A DNA stretch of 53,527 nucleotides, filler included, from Sphacelaria rigidula (taxonomy: Eukaryota): assembly GCA_964200075.2 (NCBI GenBank). It is 5 parts of 5 records of this genome, joined end to end, with 100 filler letters (N's around TTAATTAATTAA, not from the genome) between each part and the next. Parts side by side here need not be neighbours in the genome. Positions count along the whole stretch, not along the records: positions 21,453 to 32,077 come from CAXNAA020006177.1; positions 32,178 to 42,802 come from CAXNAA020006178.1; 3 more parts are not named here. The stretch is one strand, 5' to 3'. The notes below the pieces were generated by a model. The model searched no databases. It had not been told where the DNA came from and saw only the letters and a list, made by a program, of their open reading frames with translations. Shown piece by piece: positions 25,955 through 37,755 of the stretch. The position numbers were made by a program, and so were the translations under genes. The number at the start of each line of letters is the position of its first letter. The first letter of the stretch is position 1.

Positions 25955-27032
25955 AACCCTTTTGGAACCCACTGACGATTTTGTTTTTTGAATCAGCATC
26001 ATTTTGACTTGAAAATGACTGAAAATGATGCCAATTCACAAAAACAAGAATTGTTAATGGGTTCCAAAAGGATTAAGGGGCGGTATATCTCAGTTACTTA
26101 ACTCCCCCCCCCCACCCCCCCCACCCCTTTTTGGTCTTTGAAATATGGACAGAAAACTGCCATAAAAGCAGTGCGCGGGCCTTTGCAAGCAGCTGCATTA
26201 GCTGCAAGAGTCATGTATAGCACATAGAATATGGGATTGGCGAAGTGATATTTCCTTATACCCTACCTACAGGGTGTGATGCGATCTCCAGGTAACTCCG
26301 AAAACGAGCCGCCTGACTGGTGTTTTTGAATCACCACGTCAGGTCGATTTTTCTGATTCGAGATCAAGTCGTACCGATATCTCGAAAAAGGTGTACACAC
26401 TTGCTCTGACTCCAGGAACGTATTTTCAAGACTTGAACCAACTTGATTGTCAAAAACCTGACTACGTGTGGCAGCTTATTTACCTTGACTAAGAGTAGCC
26501 GTCCCTCCCAGCCGAATTCGGGCTCATGGAAAAGACTGAGCGTAGAGCAGTTACTGAGAGGTATACCCGTCCTAAATTATTATTTTTTAGTGCCATCATC
26601 ATCATCACTAATACTAGTGATGATGTTTTTCAATACGTTTCATTTCCATTCCGAGCCTTGTTTTTTCAAACCAATCCTTTTCCCCTGCTCGACCCGCGTA
26701 CAGGCGAAAATGGTGCGTTCTCTCTCCCTGGCCCAGTTGGGCACACCTCCTGAATACATTCCGACCCGCATCTCGCCCAGCCATGTTTTTGGACCATCCA
26801 TACTTGGAGAAGCAGGCAGTAATAGCAATCGCATCATCACCACCAACATCAATACCAGCAGCAGCAGCAGCATCGACGAGAGCGCTCACGACGTAGTCGG
26901 GAGCTTCGACGGGAATGTCATCGGCGCAGAGAAAGGGGTTACTCTAGCAGAAGCGATGGCTATCGTTGGCGGCGACGGTGGTGGTCGTACTCATACTCAT
27001 ACCTCACGCACTTGTAGGAGTGAAGCACCGCG

Positions 27033-27063
<31 letters not shown>

Positions 27064-29996
27064 CAACAACGGGGAGTTTGCAAAGAAGGGCTTATTGCGA
27101 TCGTGGAGGCTGTCGATAGTCCCGTGACGCTGCACGGGGCAGACAGCAGCGCAGAAGATGCTGTTGGTTCTACTGTCGTGGATGCCGCCGCAGCCGCCGT
27201 CGTCATTGCTGCTTCTCCTGTTGATGCGGACCCGCAGCAGAGCTTGCATAAAACTGATGGAGACAAGAACGTGCGTTTGTTATCTGCACATGATGTCGCT
27301 CCCGATCTGTATTGCGGTTCTTTATCTTCGAAGGCGTCCGAATGCGAATCGGGTGGTGATGGCAGTGGTTGGGTTGCTGTCGGAGAGGCAATTGATAACA
27401 ACAAGGGCGAACGCAGCGAGCCGGAGAACTGGGCCGCCTCCGATATGAAACCGGGAGATTCCGTGCTGCTGGAGACGGGAACGGGTGTACATGTAGCGGG
27501 CGCGAGAAGCTTGCACGGCGATGACATTGCGGCCGTTGCTGCCTGCAGCGGCAGCGGTAGCGACAGCGGCAGCGGTGGCGACAAGCAACAAGAACAACAA
27601 GAACAACAAGAACAACAACAATCGCCGCGTGCGAGGGACGGCAGTGATGATGGTAGCGGTAGGATGTGCTCGACAGTTCCGCCGAAGGAGACGCCCATAA
27701 CGAGCTGGCACAATCACGAGAACGGCGGTACCCAATCCGACGGCTTGGACTCTTTGATAGCACGAGATACTAGTGTCACGAACATGAACAACGATAACGG
27801 TAATGATAACGTCGAGAAGCCACTGACCTGCGAGATAAACACAACAATGATGACACCACCCACTGCGCCCGCCGGAGTCTCTCCAGCAATCACGGTTTCA
27901 GTTTCGGATCACCCTGCAGGCGACAGCACCTCTCGGGAGAGCTCACCCCTCCGAAAGAGCGACGCGGAGGCCTCGAATATCGATTGCGCGGGTAACGCCG
28001 CCTTTCCTCCGGCGCGTGACGAAACGACAACTACCAGGGGCTCGATGGCGGCTGTGACGATGGGCGCGGTGCCGGTGGGGACTGCAGTATCGAAAGGCGG
28101 GCTGGATTTGACGGTAGATGCGTATGCCAACGCATCGACGGAATTCGGGCGTCTTGGAGAGTGCGTCACGCCCGCTCATATTGTGTCCGTAGTGAAGGAC
28201 GGTATGGAAGCCCTGGTGAAGGAGGCTAGAGCCGTGTCGGTAAGATGGAGTACAGTCGTAGTTGTGCCTCCATGGTCAACGCGGGATCCTATGGGAATGT
28301 TTTTTGCGCAGTTTTACTCTATACATGCCCAGACTACCCACCTCAATCAATCGACACAGACTGTGGGCGTGGAAGCGGTGTTTCAACAATATTGTGTTGT
28401 GCACACTGCACTATGCTGCTACTGCTGTGAGAGTGGGCGATCGGGTGCTTGCGATTGTGTTTCTTTGCAACAAGCAAGTCGATATTAATTTCCGTTACAC
28501 CGTCGCATCGCGAATCCATGAATAATCGATCCACGACCGCGATCGCTGCTCAAAGTCTTGCTCATCTTTTTCAACGATTCATCCTCGGGAAGGCACTCAC
28601 AAAAAGGTGAAATCTGAATATACATATACATATATATGTATATATGTGTGTTTCGATCTAGTTTCGTTTTTTATTCACATGTGGCCCTCACTGAAACTAC
28701 CTCGACACCGATATAGCAGCACAGGATTCATTTCGGAACGAAATCAATCTGTACTTTTGCCCCTTCCCCCCCCTCTCTTGTGCGCGGTTGCGAATCGACA
28801 GTCTATCGAAAAGCCGCTGGATGCAGACTCTCTCATTCCTCTGCTGGTGTACACCCTGGTGCGGGCCAACATCCCTCGAGTGCACGAGGCCCTGAACTTT
28901 CTCAGAAATTTCCGCGATCCCCTATGGGGGGGGGAGCCGGCTTACTACGTCACGTGCATGTAAGAGAATGTTGGCTGGCCGGAGTTCATGAGTTGTTTTC
29001 AAGTCAATATAAAATGCGCGCCACGTCACCTCTGCCTGTACGTCACATACACGTATGTCTGCGTCAGTGTTTCCCAATGAGGCTGATTCCGCTGGAAGAC
29101 AGTGGGTGTTTGGGCCTGCCGAAGTCGAGGTGATTTTATGGGTGTAGCTCGGTATGTTTTGATATAAGCATGCGTGCTGCCACTTGCCGCAGCCCCTCTC
29201 AGCTCAAAACTGCTAGGGTGCACAAAATCGAAATGATTCACAATGCAGTTTTTTTTTCTTGTTTTTGTTTAGTTCTTGGTCTACTCTGCCTGTCCTACCT
29301 ATTCCGGTTTTCTTCACCTTTATTCAGCGAGTGTTTCGGTTTTGTTTTGTCTCGGGTACGTGTATTATGTGACTATTATCTGACCACTCGGGGAACAGTT
29401 CATGTGCGACAACCAACCAATCAAATATATTTGTTCGCACTCTCGATGTTCAATAAGGAGAACACTCTGGATTAGTCAGTATCTCCTTTAGTAAACGAGC
29501 TCTTTTTTGAACGTACCCCACGTACAAGGTGCATGCTTTCAAGCAACACTCGTTAGCTTACGTTCGTTTGCGCGCGTGCAACGTGTGCCTCTTCGAATCC
29601 TCGCACACGCGTGTAGTCGCTCTTGTTTTTTTTCTGTCTTTTCGTCACCACCCCCACAACCCTCATGTACCCATTTCGCATGCATCAAGTGAGGCGGCTG
29701 TATCGTTTGTGCTGCACTGGACGACCCCGGACGGCATTGATGCCACCTGCACTACTGCCCACACACCGAGCGGTTCCTGTGATGTTGACCCCGATCGCGA
29801 AAATTTCGCGGACATTGAGAGCAATCCCAATAAACTGGTGGTGGGGGCGGACACCATGCCCCAGGAAGGACCGGAAGATGCTGCACGGGAAGAGCGAGAG
29901 GGGAGAGAAGCTCTGATGTGCTTGGGAATTTTCTTGGAAAATAATGCGGTGCACGAGGATACAGTGGACGCGCTGTCGTCTATGGGATGGCTTTGA
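24541..29996 (+). CDS. VPS9-domain protein (putative Rab5-family guanine nucleotide exchange factor); 5' end not resolved
   Basis: In-phase exons: 24541-24595 (tentative); 25012-25161; 26704-28239; 28802-28959 (KPLDADSLIPLLVYTLVRANIPRVHEALNFLRNFR...GGEPAYYVTC); 29690-29996 (IEAAVSFV...MGWL*). The VPS9 hallmark AD.L.P and GE..YY.T..AAV.F motifs are present. Confidence 0.9.
25198..25497 (+). mobile_element. ~300-bp repeat family, intronic copy
   Basis: ATGGTGAGACACTCATGA...GCATGCAAGATCATTAGTACA, preceded by a C run. Confidence 0.8.
25900..25954. repeat. (GTT)n microsatellite
   Basis: About 18 GTT units. Confidence 0.95.
25953..26076. mobile_element. TTAA-flanked piggyBac-like MITE (family B)
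   Basis: TTAA-CCCTTTTGGAACCCA...TGGGTTCCAAAAGGA-TTAA. A related copy lies at 35717-35828. Confidence 0.75.
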
Positions 29997-32077
29997 CGTG
30001 ATTCGTTTGGATTGGATTTGATTTATTGATCCACTGCGTGATTCACTATGTGATGTTTTATGTTTTTTTTTGTGGGTGCGCCTTAGCTCTGGTTTTTGTG
30101 CACTGCATAAGTGACATATACCTGGTAAGTATGTGTGTGCAATAAACAATCTGACGTAAGGTGTAACAGTCGTGGCCGCGTTTGATGTCATATGGTGGTT
30201 GATGACGTCCCCCGTTGATCATGGATGCGTGCTCAATCCAAATCTCCTTTCAGAAAACATTGGCCGATTGTAAACTGCATAGCGGTAAGTGTTCGCCAAA
30301 ACCTTCTACATGCCTATATGTACGTAAATATTTTGAAGTACTGTCTATAGTAGGTATTTTACCGGGTGTAAATAATTGTCATTTAGTGTTGTGTATATAA
30401 CCGAAAATGCGTGTTCTTTGTTGTTCCAGTTTTGGTAGCGGTGGTATAGTAGTGGCGGAGGCGCCGTGCACGTGCTATAATGTCTGTCGCTTGTTTACGT
30501 GGGTTCGTCATGGTGACACGTTTAGAAGAACATGAGCCGTACCTGTCGTGTGGTACCGCCGCCAGTGATGCAGACGCCAACCGCATGCAAGTTTGCGTCC
30601 TTGCTATGACGGAGCGCGGATTTTACGCACGTGGCAAGTAACATCAGCACTCCGTATTTTCGTCGTATCCGCTGATGATATTACTATAGATAGTGTACTT
30701 CACGGAAAACACGACGGCGCGGAAGAAAAATGTTGCAACTTCTTGTTACCATGTTGTGTTTTCGTTTTAGCGCACATAAGCTTATGAAGCTTTGGTACGT
30801 TGTGGAATTTATGCATCTTGTTGGGTTTTAACTGAAGGGTAAACCTCAGAATTGTTGGCGATGGTGTGCTGCGACAGGTATGCGTTTGATCCCGGTAATT
30901 CATATAGTATCAATACCATAATACCGATGACGATTACTGATTGTTGTTTGGTCATCTGCCGACAGACACTTTGTATTCGATTTATTCGTGGAGGCATACC
31001 ACGCACAGGTAGCCACCGAATCGTGCAGATTCGCAAGCTAGAAAGTTCTGAGTATCATCGCTTGGTCGGTCACTCAACCCCTTCAAGTTCGGCGGTTAGC
31101 AGTCCCTGTGGTCGTCACTGATTTACTCGCTCATGTCTGCGTATGTGTACAAGTGTTTTGCGAGGGATAAGGTTGTTTTTCATAGTTTGAAGAATACGAT
31201 GACTTTCTTTTGTACGGCACAGGCCTACGAGCTGGGCCGGCCGTAAAACGTGCATATCCCGGGCACACGAAAACCTTTTTGTCTCTTTCCCGAAATAGCC
31301 TGAATATAAGTATGTCGCTGTGACCTGCAGACCAACCTTGTGATGCGCGCTCTAGCGCGAAAACAAATGAACATGTACAGCATAAGATATGACATCAACG
31401 ACGGAACCAGATTCTGCGAAAAAAAGAGATCTTTTTCGATTCGAACACGTGACCTCCGTAACTTTTTTTTACCCTTGAAGGAAGGAGACCTCATAACTGG
31501 AGTCTCCTGTATCACTGAGATTATTGTACCCGGGCGCAACGGTTTCGCATATAAAGTTGCGCGCGCAGCCCAATTTTAGGAGTGATGACCTGAAGTTTCA
31601 CAAGGAAGGGTCTTCTGCACGAGACTTGAAGATTCGCACTCGAAGCAGCAGCGTATTGTTTCGTATTTCCACGGAATCATGACATTGGCTTTTTTTACTG
31701 AAATTCCAAGTATACGTATATTTTCCCCTTTGTTGGTTCGAATGATTTCCGCGTATTGATCTGTGATGGAAATCTCGTATCTAATTTTCGGTACCTAACT
31801 CCTAATATTATGAGGTGCGTCACCTGCCAACCGCAAACAGGAACCGTTGCCAGGCCCGGTTCGTAGCTTCCCGTTCTGCTTGCTTTTTCCGTGCCAAACC
31901 TACCGTGGGCTGGACGAATAAAACAGTGATTGATCCCATGTTTTACTTTTGCAAGAACCGGCCATACGTTTAATGAAAAATTGTGATCGGTACGTACATG
32001 TTTTGGGCTCAACAGTGTTTTCGTGAGATTGAGAGTAGACAATACGATTGAGAGTGGCTTTGATCATTCGCTTCAAG

Positions 32078-32177
32078 NNNNNNNNNNNNNNNNNNNNNNN
32101 NNNNNNNNNNNNNNNNNNNNNTTAATTAATTAANNNNNNNNNNNNNNNNNNNNNNNNNNNNNNNNNNNNNNNNNNNN
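32078..32177. other. Artificial contig spacer
   Basis: N44-TTAATTAATTAA-N44. Confidence 0.98.
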
Positions 32178-33239
32178 AGAGCTGTAGGCTCACGGAGTCG
32201 GCGAATTGCCCTGAAGAAGTATCTACGCGATTAAGGGGCAATAGACCGACGAAAACGTCATTGGGCACCATCGCTGAAAGTGTGGGGAAAGCACTGTTTT
32301 AGGCTTGAACCTCATCTCAAAGTTAAACCTCAATTCGCACAATTTGTTGTTATGTACAGAAACTCAGAGAAATCTGAAAACCTTCGAAACATTTGTTCCA
32401 AACTGAAAACGTTCCAAGCAGTTGTTCCGAAATGATTAAATACCCTGACATGCTTCAGAAATCAAATCTCCGGTGAACAGGCATATCGCGGGTGTGGATG
32501 CATTCCTTCTAGAGAATTAGGTAGTCCACCGATGCCGGTCACGAACGTTCTGAACAGATAGTATGGTAAAGACCATTTCTTCACGAGAACGCCCTAACCT
32601 CTATGAAAAAAAATAAAATGAAGGCCCATGTTTTTTTTATTCGGCACTCTTTTGCGGTTCTCCACACCAATTTTCGTCGCCATCGGCTAAATGCATAGAT
32701 CTAGATTTTTATAGAGATTTCAGTATTGGCGCTATCTCCCTCAGGTATAGGAATTACTGGACATGGTAGATGAGCACCTTCCCCTTCATTAAACGATGAA
32801 TACGATACTAGTAGTAAGCCACGGCTGACGCGCGTGGCAGCAGTGTTACAGGTATCAACGGCATTGGATCTTTCCTGCTCCGCACCTTTGCTACAACACA
32901 CCGATGATGGATAAAAATCATGATTGAAAGTTGATTGCCTCAAGAACGGCCAGTATTCAGTCTGATCGAGAAGCATATTTGTCCAGATTAGGGTTGCACA
33001 CCATCAAGGGTTAATATGTTGTATTTACGAAGATAAATAAGGCGTTTCGTTGTGTAATGTCATACTTTTGCCTGTGGCGTGCGGGAGCAAATATTGGACC
33101 TACTCAAGTCGACGATACACGACTAAAGCAGATCCACACAGTATTGTCCACACATGGCAGTAGCAGCACACAACAGACCGCACGCCGCACAGCACAGCAG
33201 TGAAGCAGTACGCTTAGGGTTACGCGCAACTCTACACCA

Positions 33240-33478
33240 TGAGTGGCGCGGTCACCCGTGCTGTAAGTGCTGCACCCGCCAGCGTCAATTCCGCATCGGA
33301 GTGTTCTCCTTCGCTTGAGAAGTCAAGGTGGAGATACAACCGATTCTACCCCCCACGACATATCCGCTCTCCACTGTTGGGCGTTGTGTGAGAAAAAATC
33401 TCAGACCGCTCCAAGAATCGAACCCACAACCCCAACCGTGAGAAGGTTTCGAGGTTACCGACCGAGCCACCGGGGCGA
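33240..33478 (-). mobile_element. tRNA-derived SINE (3' boundary approximate)
   Basis: The minus strand starts TCGCCCCGGTGGCTCGGTCGGTAA (A-box-like), then GGTTCGATTC (B-box-like), then a core CAACAGTGGAGAG...ATGTCGTGGG shared with 34537-34893. Confidence 0.7.
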
Positions 33479-33496
33479 TGCTGTATCCATGAAAAA

Positions 33497-33911
33497 CCAT
33501 TAGACCGTGATGCGGGTAGTCCATCTGGATCACGCATACTTTTTTCCAGTGAAATTGATGACGATCCCACTGGTGACCTACCCTCGCGGTGAAAGGATTG
33601 ACCTCTTGACCGCGAGTGTATATCACCTGCTGAATTGGCATCAATATTCACATGAAAAAAGTATCCGTGGTCCAGATGGGCCGCCAGCATCGCGATCTAA
33701 GGGTTAGACCGCGACATTAGTCTTTCTAGATCATGCATACTTTTTTCCACTTGAAATTGATGCCGATTCATCAGAAGACTAACCTCGCGGTCTAAGGGTT
33801 AATCCTTGGATCGCGAGGAGGGTAGGTCACCTACTGAATCGGCATCGATTTTCACTTGAAAAGCGTATGCGTGATCCAGCTGGACTACCCGCACCGCCGT
33901 CCAAGGGTTAA
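33497..33911. mobile_element. Array of four ~100-bp TTAA-type MITEs (family A) in alternating orientation
   Basis: Unit (CCCT)TAGACCGCGATGCGGGTAGTCCA...GACCTACCCTCGCGGTC(A/T)AAGGG in orientation + - + -. Junctions are TTGA/TTAG/TTAA at ~33598, ~33704 and ~33799, with a final TTAA at 33908. Confidence 0.8.
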
Positions 33912-34090
33912 CAGAACCTACTGTCAGAGTAGAACCATTTTCACACGACACTGGCGCATAGACTCGCTCGTCCAACGAACTACATTTTGAATCCACCCAC
34001 GGACAACAGAGCCGGCATGGAGTATGTCACTCGGGAAGCGACGAATAAGCCTGCGGCTAACTTCACACAACGCATGAAAGTATACGTACT

Positions 34091-34352
34091 GATTGACTGA
34101 TTGGTTGATTGATTGATTGTCGCACTTTAACTGACCCCCCAGGAGTCCAGCCGTGGTCTCGTGAAAGGGGTACCCGATAAAAAAGAAATTCAAACACGCT
34201 CTAAGGAAATTAAAGAAAAAAAAAGAAGGAACTGAAAAAAATAAGAACAGAGAGAGAAGAAAAGAAAGAGGGGTCGAACAGAACGACATAGCAGACTAAG
34301 TCGTGACAAAAAAAAAAGTAATAAAAAGTCAACAGAAGCAAAGCACAAAAAG
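34091..34352 (-). mobile_element. 3' end of the (AATC)n-tailed retroelement, copy 3
   Basis: (TGAT)n-TGTCGCACTTTAACTGACCCCC...GTGGTCTCGTG...AGTCGTGACAAAAA matches the reverse complement of 3750-3963. Confidence 0.7.
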
Positions 34353-34536
34353 AAATGGCCTGTCAAATCAGAATCGAAGCTTGGTGTTCGGCCAACATCA
34401 TCCGTGCCGAAAATGAAATTGCGTTGTCCGGGAGCGTGTTGCGAGGGAGTATAGAGCGAAGCAGTACGGTGAGAGCAAACACGCAGGGACGAATCACCAC
34501 GAGCTGGATTGACGGCCTGTGTGGTCTCTCTAGTCA

Positions 34537-34893
34537 GTGTGTGTGTTGTCCCATTTCTTCTGGACGCCAGTCTGCACCTTTCGGTATATGTGGGCGCACC
34601 AACCGGGGTCACATAGGAGGAAGGTCAACACAGGAGTTTTTTTTCCTTTTGGTTTGTTCTTCATAATCCACCTTCCCACTGCGGTGCTTCCCTTGATTTT
34701 TTATCGTGAGAGGGGTTCAGTAGTCCCTTTTCGTCGTCGACCATCCAGTCGGTTTTGGGTACCCACGACATACATAGTTGCTCTCCACTGTTGAACATTG
34801 TGAGAGAAAAATCCCAGGTCGCGCTCGAAGATTCGAACCCATAATCCGACCGTCAGAGGGTTTCGAGGTTACCAACTGAGCCACCCGGGCGAC
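34537..34893 (-). mobile_element. tRNA-derived SINE with (CA)n tail
   Basis: Minus strand shows GTGGCTCAGTTGGTAA (A box) and GGTTCGAATC (B box), and ends ATGGGACAACACACACAC. A 5'-truncated copy lies at 40415-40652. Confidence 0.8.
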
Positions 34894-34914
34894 CGGCAGT
34901 GTCGGTGTATGTAA

Positions 34915-35062
34915 TTAACCCTCAGACCGCGATGCGGGTAGTCCATCTGGATCACAACCACTGTTTTCAAGTGAAATTGATGCCGATTCAGCAGATGACC
35001 TACCTTCGCGGTCAAAGGGCTAATCCCTACACCGCGATACGGGTAGTCCACCTGGATCACAC
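34915..35062 (+). mobile_element. TTAA MITE family A, one full and one partial tandem copy
   Basis: TTAA-CCCTCAGACCGCGATGCGGGTAG...CGCGGTCAAAGGG-CTAA, followed by a restart of the unit. Confidence 0.78.
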
Positions 35063-35716
35063 ACTTGTTTCGAGAGGGATTGACGCCCGTGCAAGCAATG
35101 AAAGCGGTGGGCGGTTTTGTGCAGGATTGTTAGTGTACCGGAGAGAATAACATAAATCTATAGTAGAAAGTGTAACATGAGTCTACAATGAACATAGTAA
35201 TGATTAGCTGCTGGCTGGGGGTTTGGTACTTCTTCAAGTGAAAGTAATGAGTGGTGAAATGTTTCCGATGCAGTGACAGCCCTGGCCGTTTTTTGTGAAT
35301 TACTGTTCCGACCTTTCTTGTGACGACTTGCAGTGATGGAACAGTTACGCCCTGACCATACTTGGGCGGGCAAAGATAGAACAAAGCAGACCAGAAAACC
35401 GGGCAGCTTGCGATCATAGGGTCTCGGATTGCCATCAACTTGCAAACAAAAAAAGAATGAAGAAGTTTTTCCGATGCAGTGACAGCCCCGGCCGTTTTTT
35501 TTAAATACTGTTGCACCTTTCTCTGTGACAACTTGCAGAGGCCGTTTTTTTGTGGCAGATGAAAGGTTGGGGAAGCATAAATTACTGTTCCGAGAAGGAC
35601 CACACGCTTACTTGATTCCAGTATCGAGCGGCGGATCATTTAGCGTAATAATACATTGGATTGGATGCGGATCACGGCCCAATTCGTTTCCATTGATGAG
35701 ATATTGCCCTGCCACG

Positions 35717-35828
35717 TTAACCCTTTGGGAACCCATTGACGATTATTGTTGTTGTGAATCGGCATCATTACGTGAAAATGACTGAAAATGATGCCGATTC
35801 ACACAAGCAAAAGGTCCGAAAGGGTTAA
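35717..35828. mobile_element. TTAA-flanked MITE family B, copy 2
   Basis: TTAA-CCCTTTGGGAACCCATTGACG...GAAAGGG-TTAA. Confidence 0.72.
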
Positions 35829-35873
35829 CTCCGTTTCTGGGCTGGCCCAGCTCGTATCACTTAGAAATGGCTC

Positions 35874-36120
35874 TAGTACTCTACCCAAAATTTGGGTAAC
35901 ATCTCTCAGCAATACCTGGGTACCGAAGATCCCCAGCGTATGACCTCAATACTCTACCCCAAATTGGGAAAATTGGCTACGATCTATAATACTCTAACCA
36001 AATTTTGGTTATACCCAAATATTGGGTAGATTAGGTACCTTAAATACGCTACCCAAAGTAAGGATCAGTTGGCTACGATCTATAATACTCTACTCACAGT
36101 TGGGGTAGGTTGAATACGTC
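35874..36120. repeat. Degenerate ~40-bp tandem array (TACTCTACCCAAA.TTTGGGTA...)
   Basis: Repeated palindromic core TACCCAAA(N)TTTGGGTA. The same unit occurs at 36511-36532 and 37240-37745. Confidence 0.75.
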
Positions 36121-36169
36121 GGACAGATCAGCTCCCTGTCGCTCGAGTGAGGTCTTTTCCAGCGTAGCT

Positions 36170-36478
36170 CCCTAGTGAGCCGCGGCTTGAGCTACGCATG
36201 TTTCTCCTGGGTGTGCTATAAGAGCAACACGAGCTACGCATGCTGCTCTAGGTACGCATGTTGCTCGAGGTGAGCTACCAACCCGTAGGTCATCAGCTCA
36301 TATTCGCCGTGGGTGTGCTATGAGAGCCGCATGAGCTACGCATGTTTGGCCTAGGTGAGCTACCAACACGCAGCTCAAAAGCGCACGTTCACCTTGGGTC
36401 AGCTTTCGGACGCAGCTCGCATGTACGTGTTTGACTGCGAGTGAGCCACAACCCGCCGACGAGCTAGCTCACGAGCTG
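36170..36478. repeat. Degenerate tandem repeat of GAGCTAC(GCATG) units
   Basis: Many GAGCTAC/CAGCTC motifs, and GGGTGTGCTAT.AGAGC repeated at ~36208 and ~36311. Confidence 0.6.
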
Positions 36479-37187
36479 TCTGTCGTGTGGTAGATTAGAT
36501 GTGATTTCGGTACTCTACCCGAATATTGGGTAAGGCCGTGTCTTAGCACATCATTTTCGATCGAAACACAAGTGCCGTGGAATTGATTTGAGCGAATTCG
36601 TTCATTTTTCGCGAGTATTTTAGGGTCGAAGCTTTCGATAGAACAAGACGATGAGACTCGTGAAGCGGGAAATGTTCGCTTGTCCACAGTACACCACTGT
36701 ACTGTCTGCGCTGTATGCATGCAGTGCGCCTGAGTGTGTATGTGTGTACGTTTTTCGTACAGCAGGATGTGAAAGAGAAGCGGACGACGTGCAGTCCAGA
36801 CAGCACAGGGCTATCTGCGCTCTCTGCTTACAGTTCTACGTGAAAAGGGCTTGATCAACATGCAGCTTGAGATTACCTGCAGCGTACATGACTGTGCGCA
36901 AGACGGCCGTCCACCCTACCACGCAGTTCCGTCGCCGATCTAGACCATGAAGGAAGATGCTCGAGTTTTCACTGACAAAATAAAAACATAATAACCAACT
37001 ACTGCAGTGTATCTATCCCTGTGCTCAACTCGTGCTCTATGCTGCAGGGTTGCGGTGGTAGCTGAGGGTAAGTTGTGTGGGGATTGCATGGTTTTGTAAA
37101 CGGATGGCCTCTGGCGTGGTGGTCTGGAAGAAAGGAGTCATGTGCCCTTTTGTTCCTTTCCTTAGCGGTTTTTCGATCGAAAAAGCA

Positions 37188-37755
37188 AAGGGCTGGTCGG
37201 GCACGGTATGTACTTTTGAATGTCCGGGTAAAACACCCAGGTATTTACTCCACCTGGGCTTTGGGTAGATTGGTTACGGCTTCATATACTCTACCCATAT
37301 TTTGAGTAGATTAGGCACGACCTCAAATATTCTACCCAAACGTTTGGTGGATTAGGTACGATCTCAGATACTCTACCCAAATAATAGGTAATTACATTGA
37401 GCAATATTCGGATATAGAGTATCACTTTGGTATGACTCCAATACAAGTTTTGTGTAACTTGGGCAATATCTTCATACTCCACCAAAATTTTAGTGACATT
37501 GGGTACGACCTCCAATACTCTACTATACCCGAATTTGGGTGAGCACTCTCAGCAATTCCTGGGTATAGAGTATCATTTGGGTATGACCTCAACAATCCAC
37601 CAAAATAATGGGTACACTTGACACGATTTAAAATACTTCAGATAGCTTTTGGGTACATTGGGTACGATTTCAGTACTCTACCCAAATGTTTGGGTAGCGA
37701 GAGTATGGTTATTCACTATACCAAGTATTGGGTACACTCTACCCGACCTGCCCTT
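37188..37755. mobile_element. hAT-like MITE carrying the ~40-bp array
   Basis: 14-bp TIR AAGGGCTGGTCGGG / CCCGACCTGCCCTT encloses the TACTCTACCCAAA array. No TSD is evident. Confidence 0.6.

Noticed and set aside
26443..28488. Single-exon 681-aa protein
   Set aside because: The ORF runs into intron on both sides. Splice sites at 26704 and 28239 link it in phase to the VPS9 exons.
34810..34893. Functional tRNA gene
   Set aside because: A and B boxes are present but the acceptor stem does not close, and the sequence continues into a repeated SINE body.
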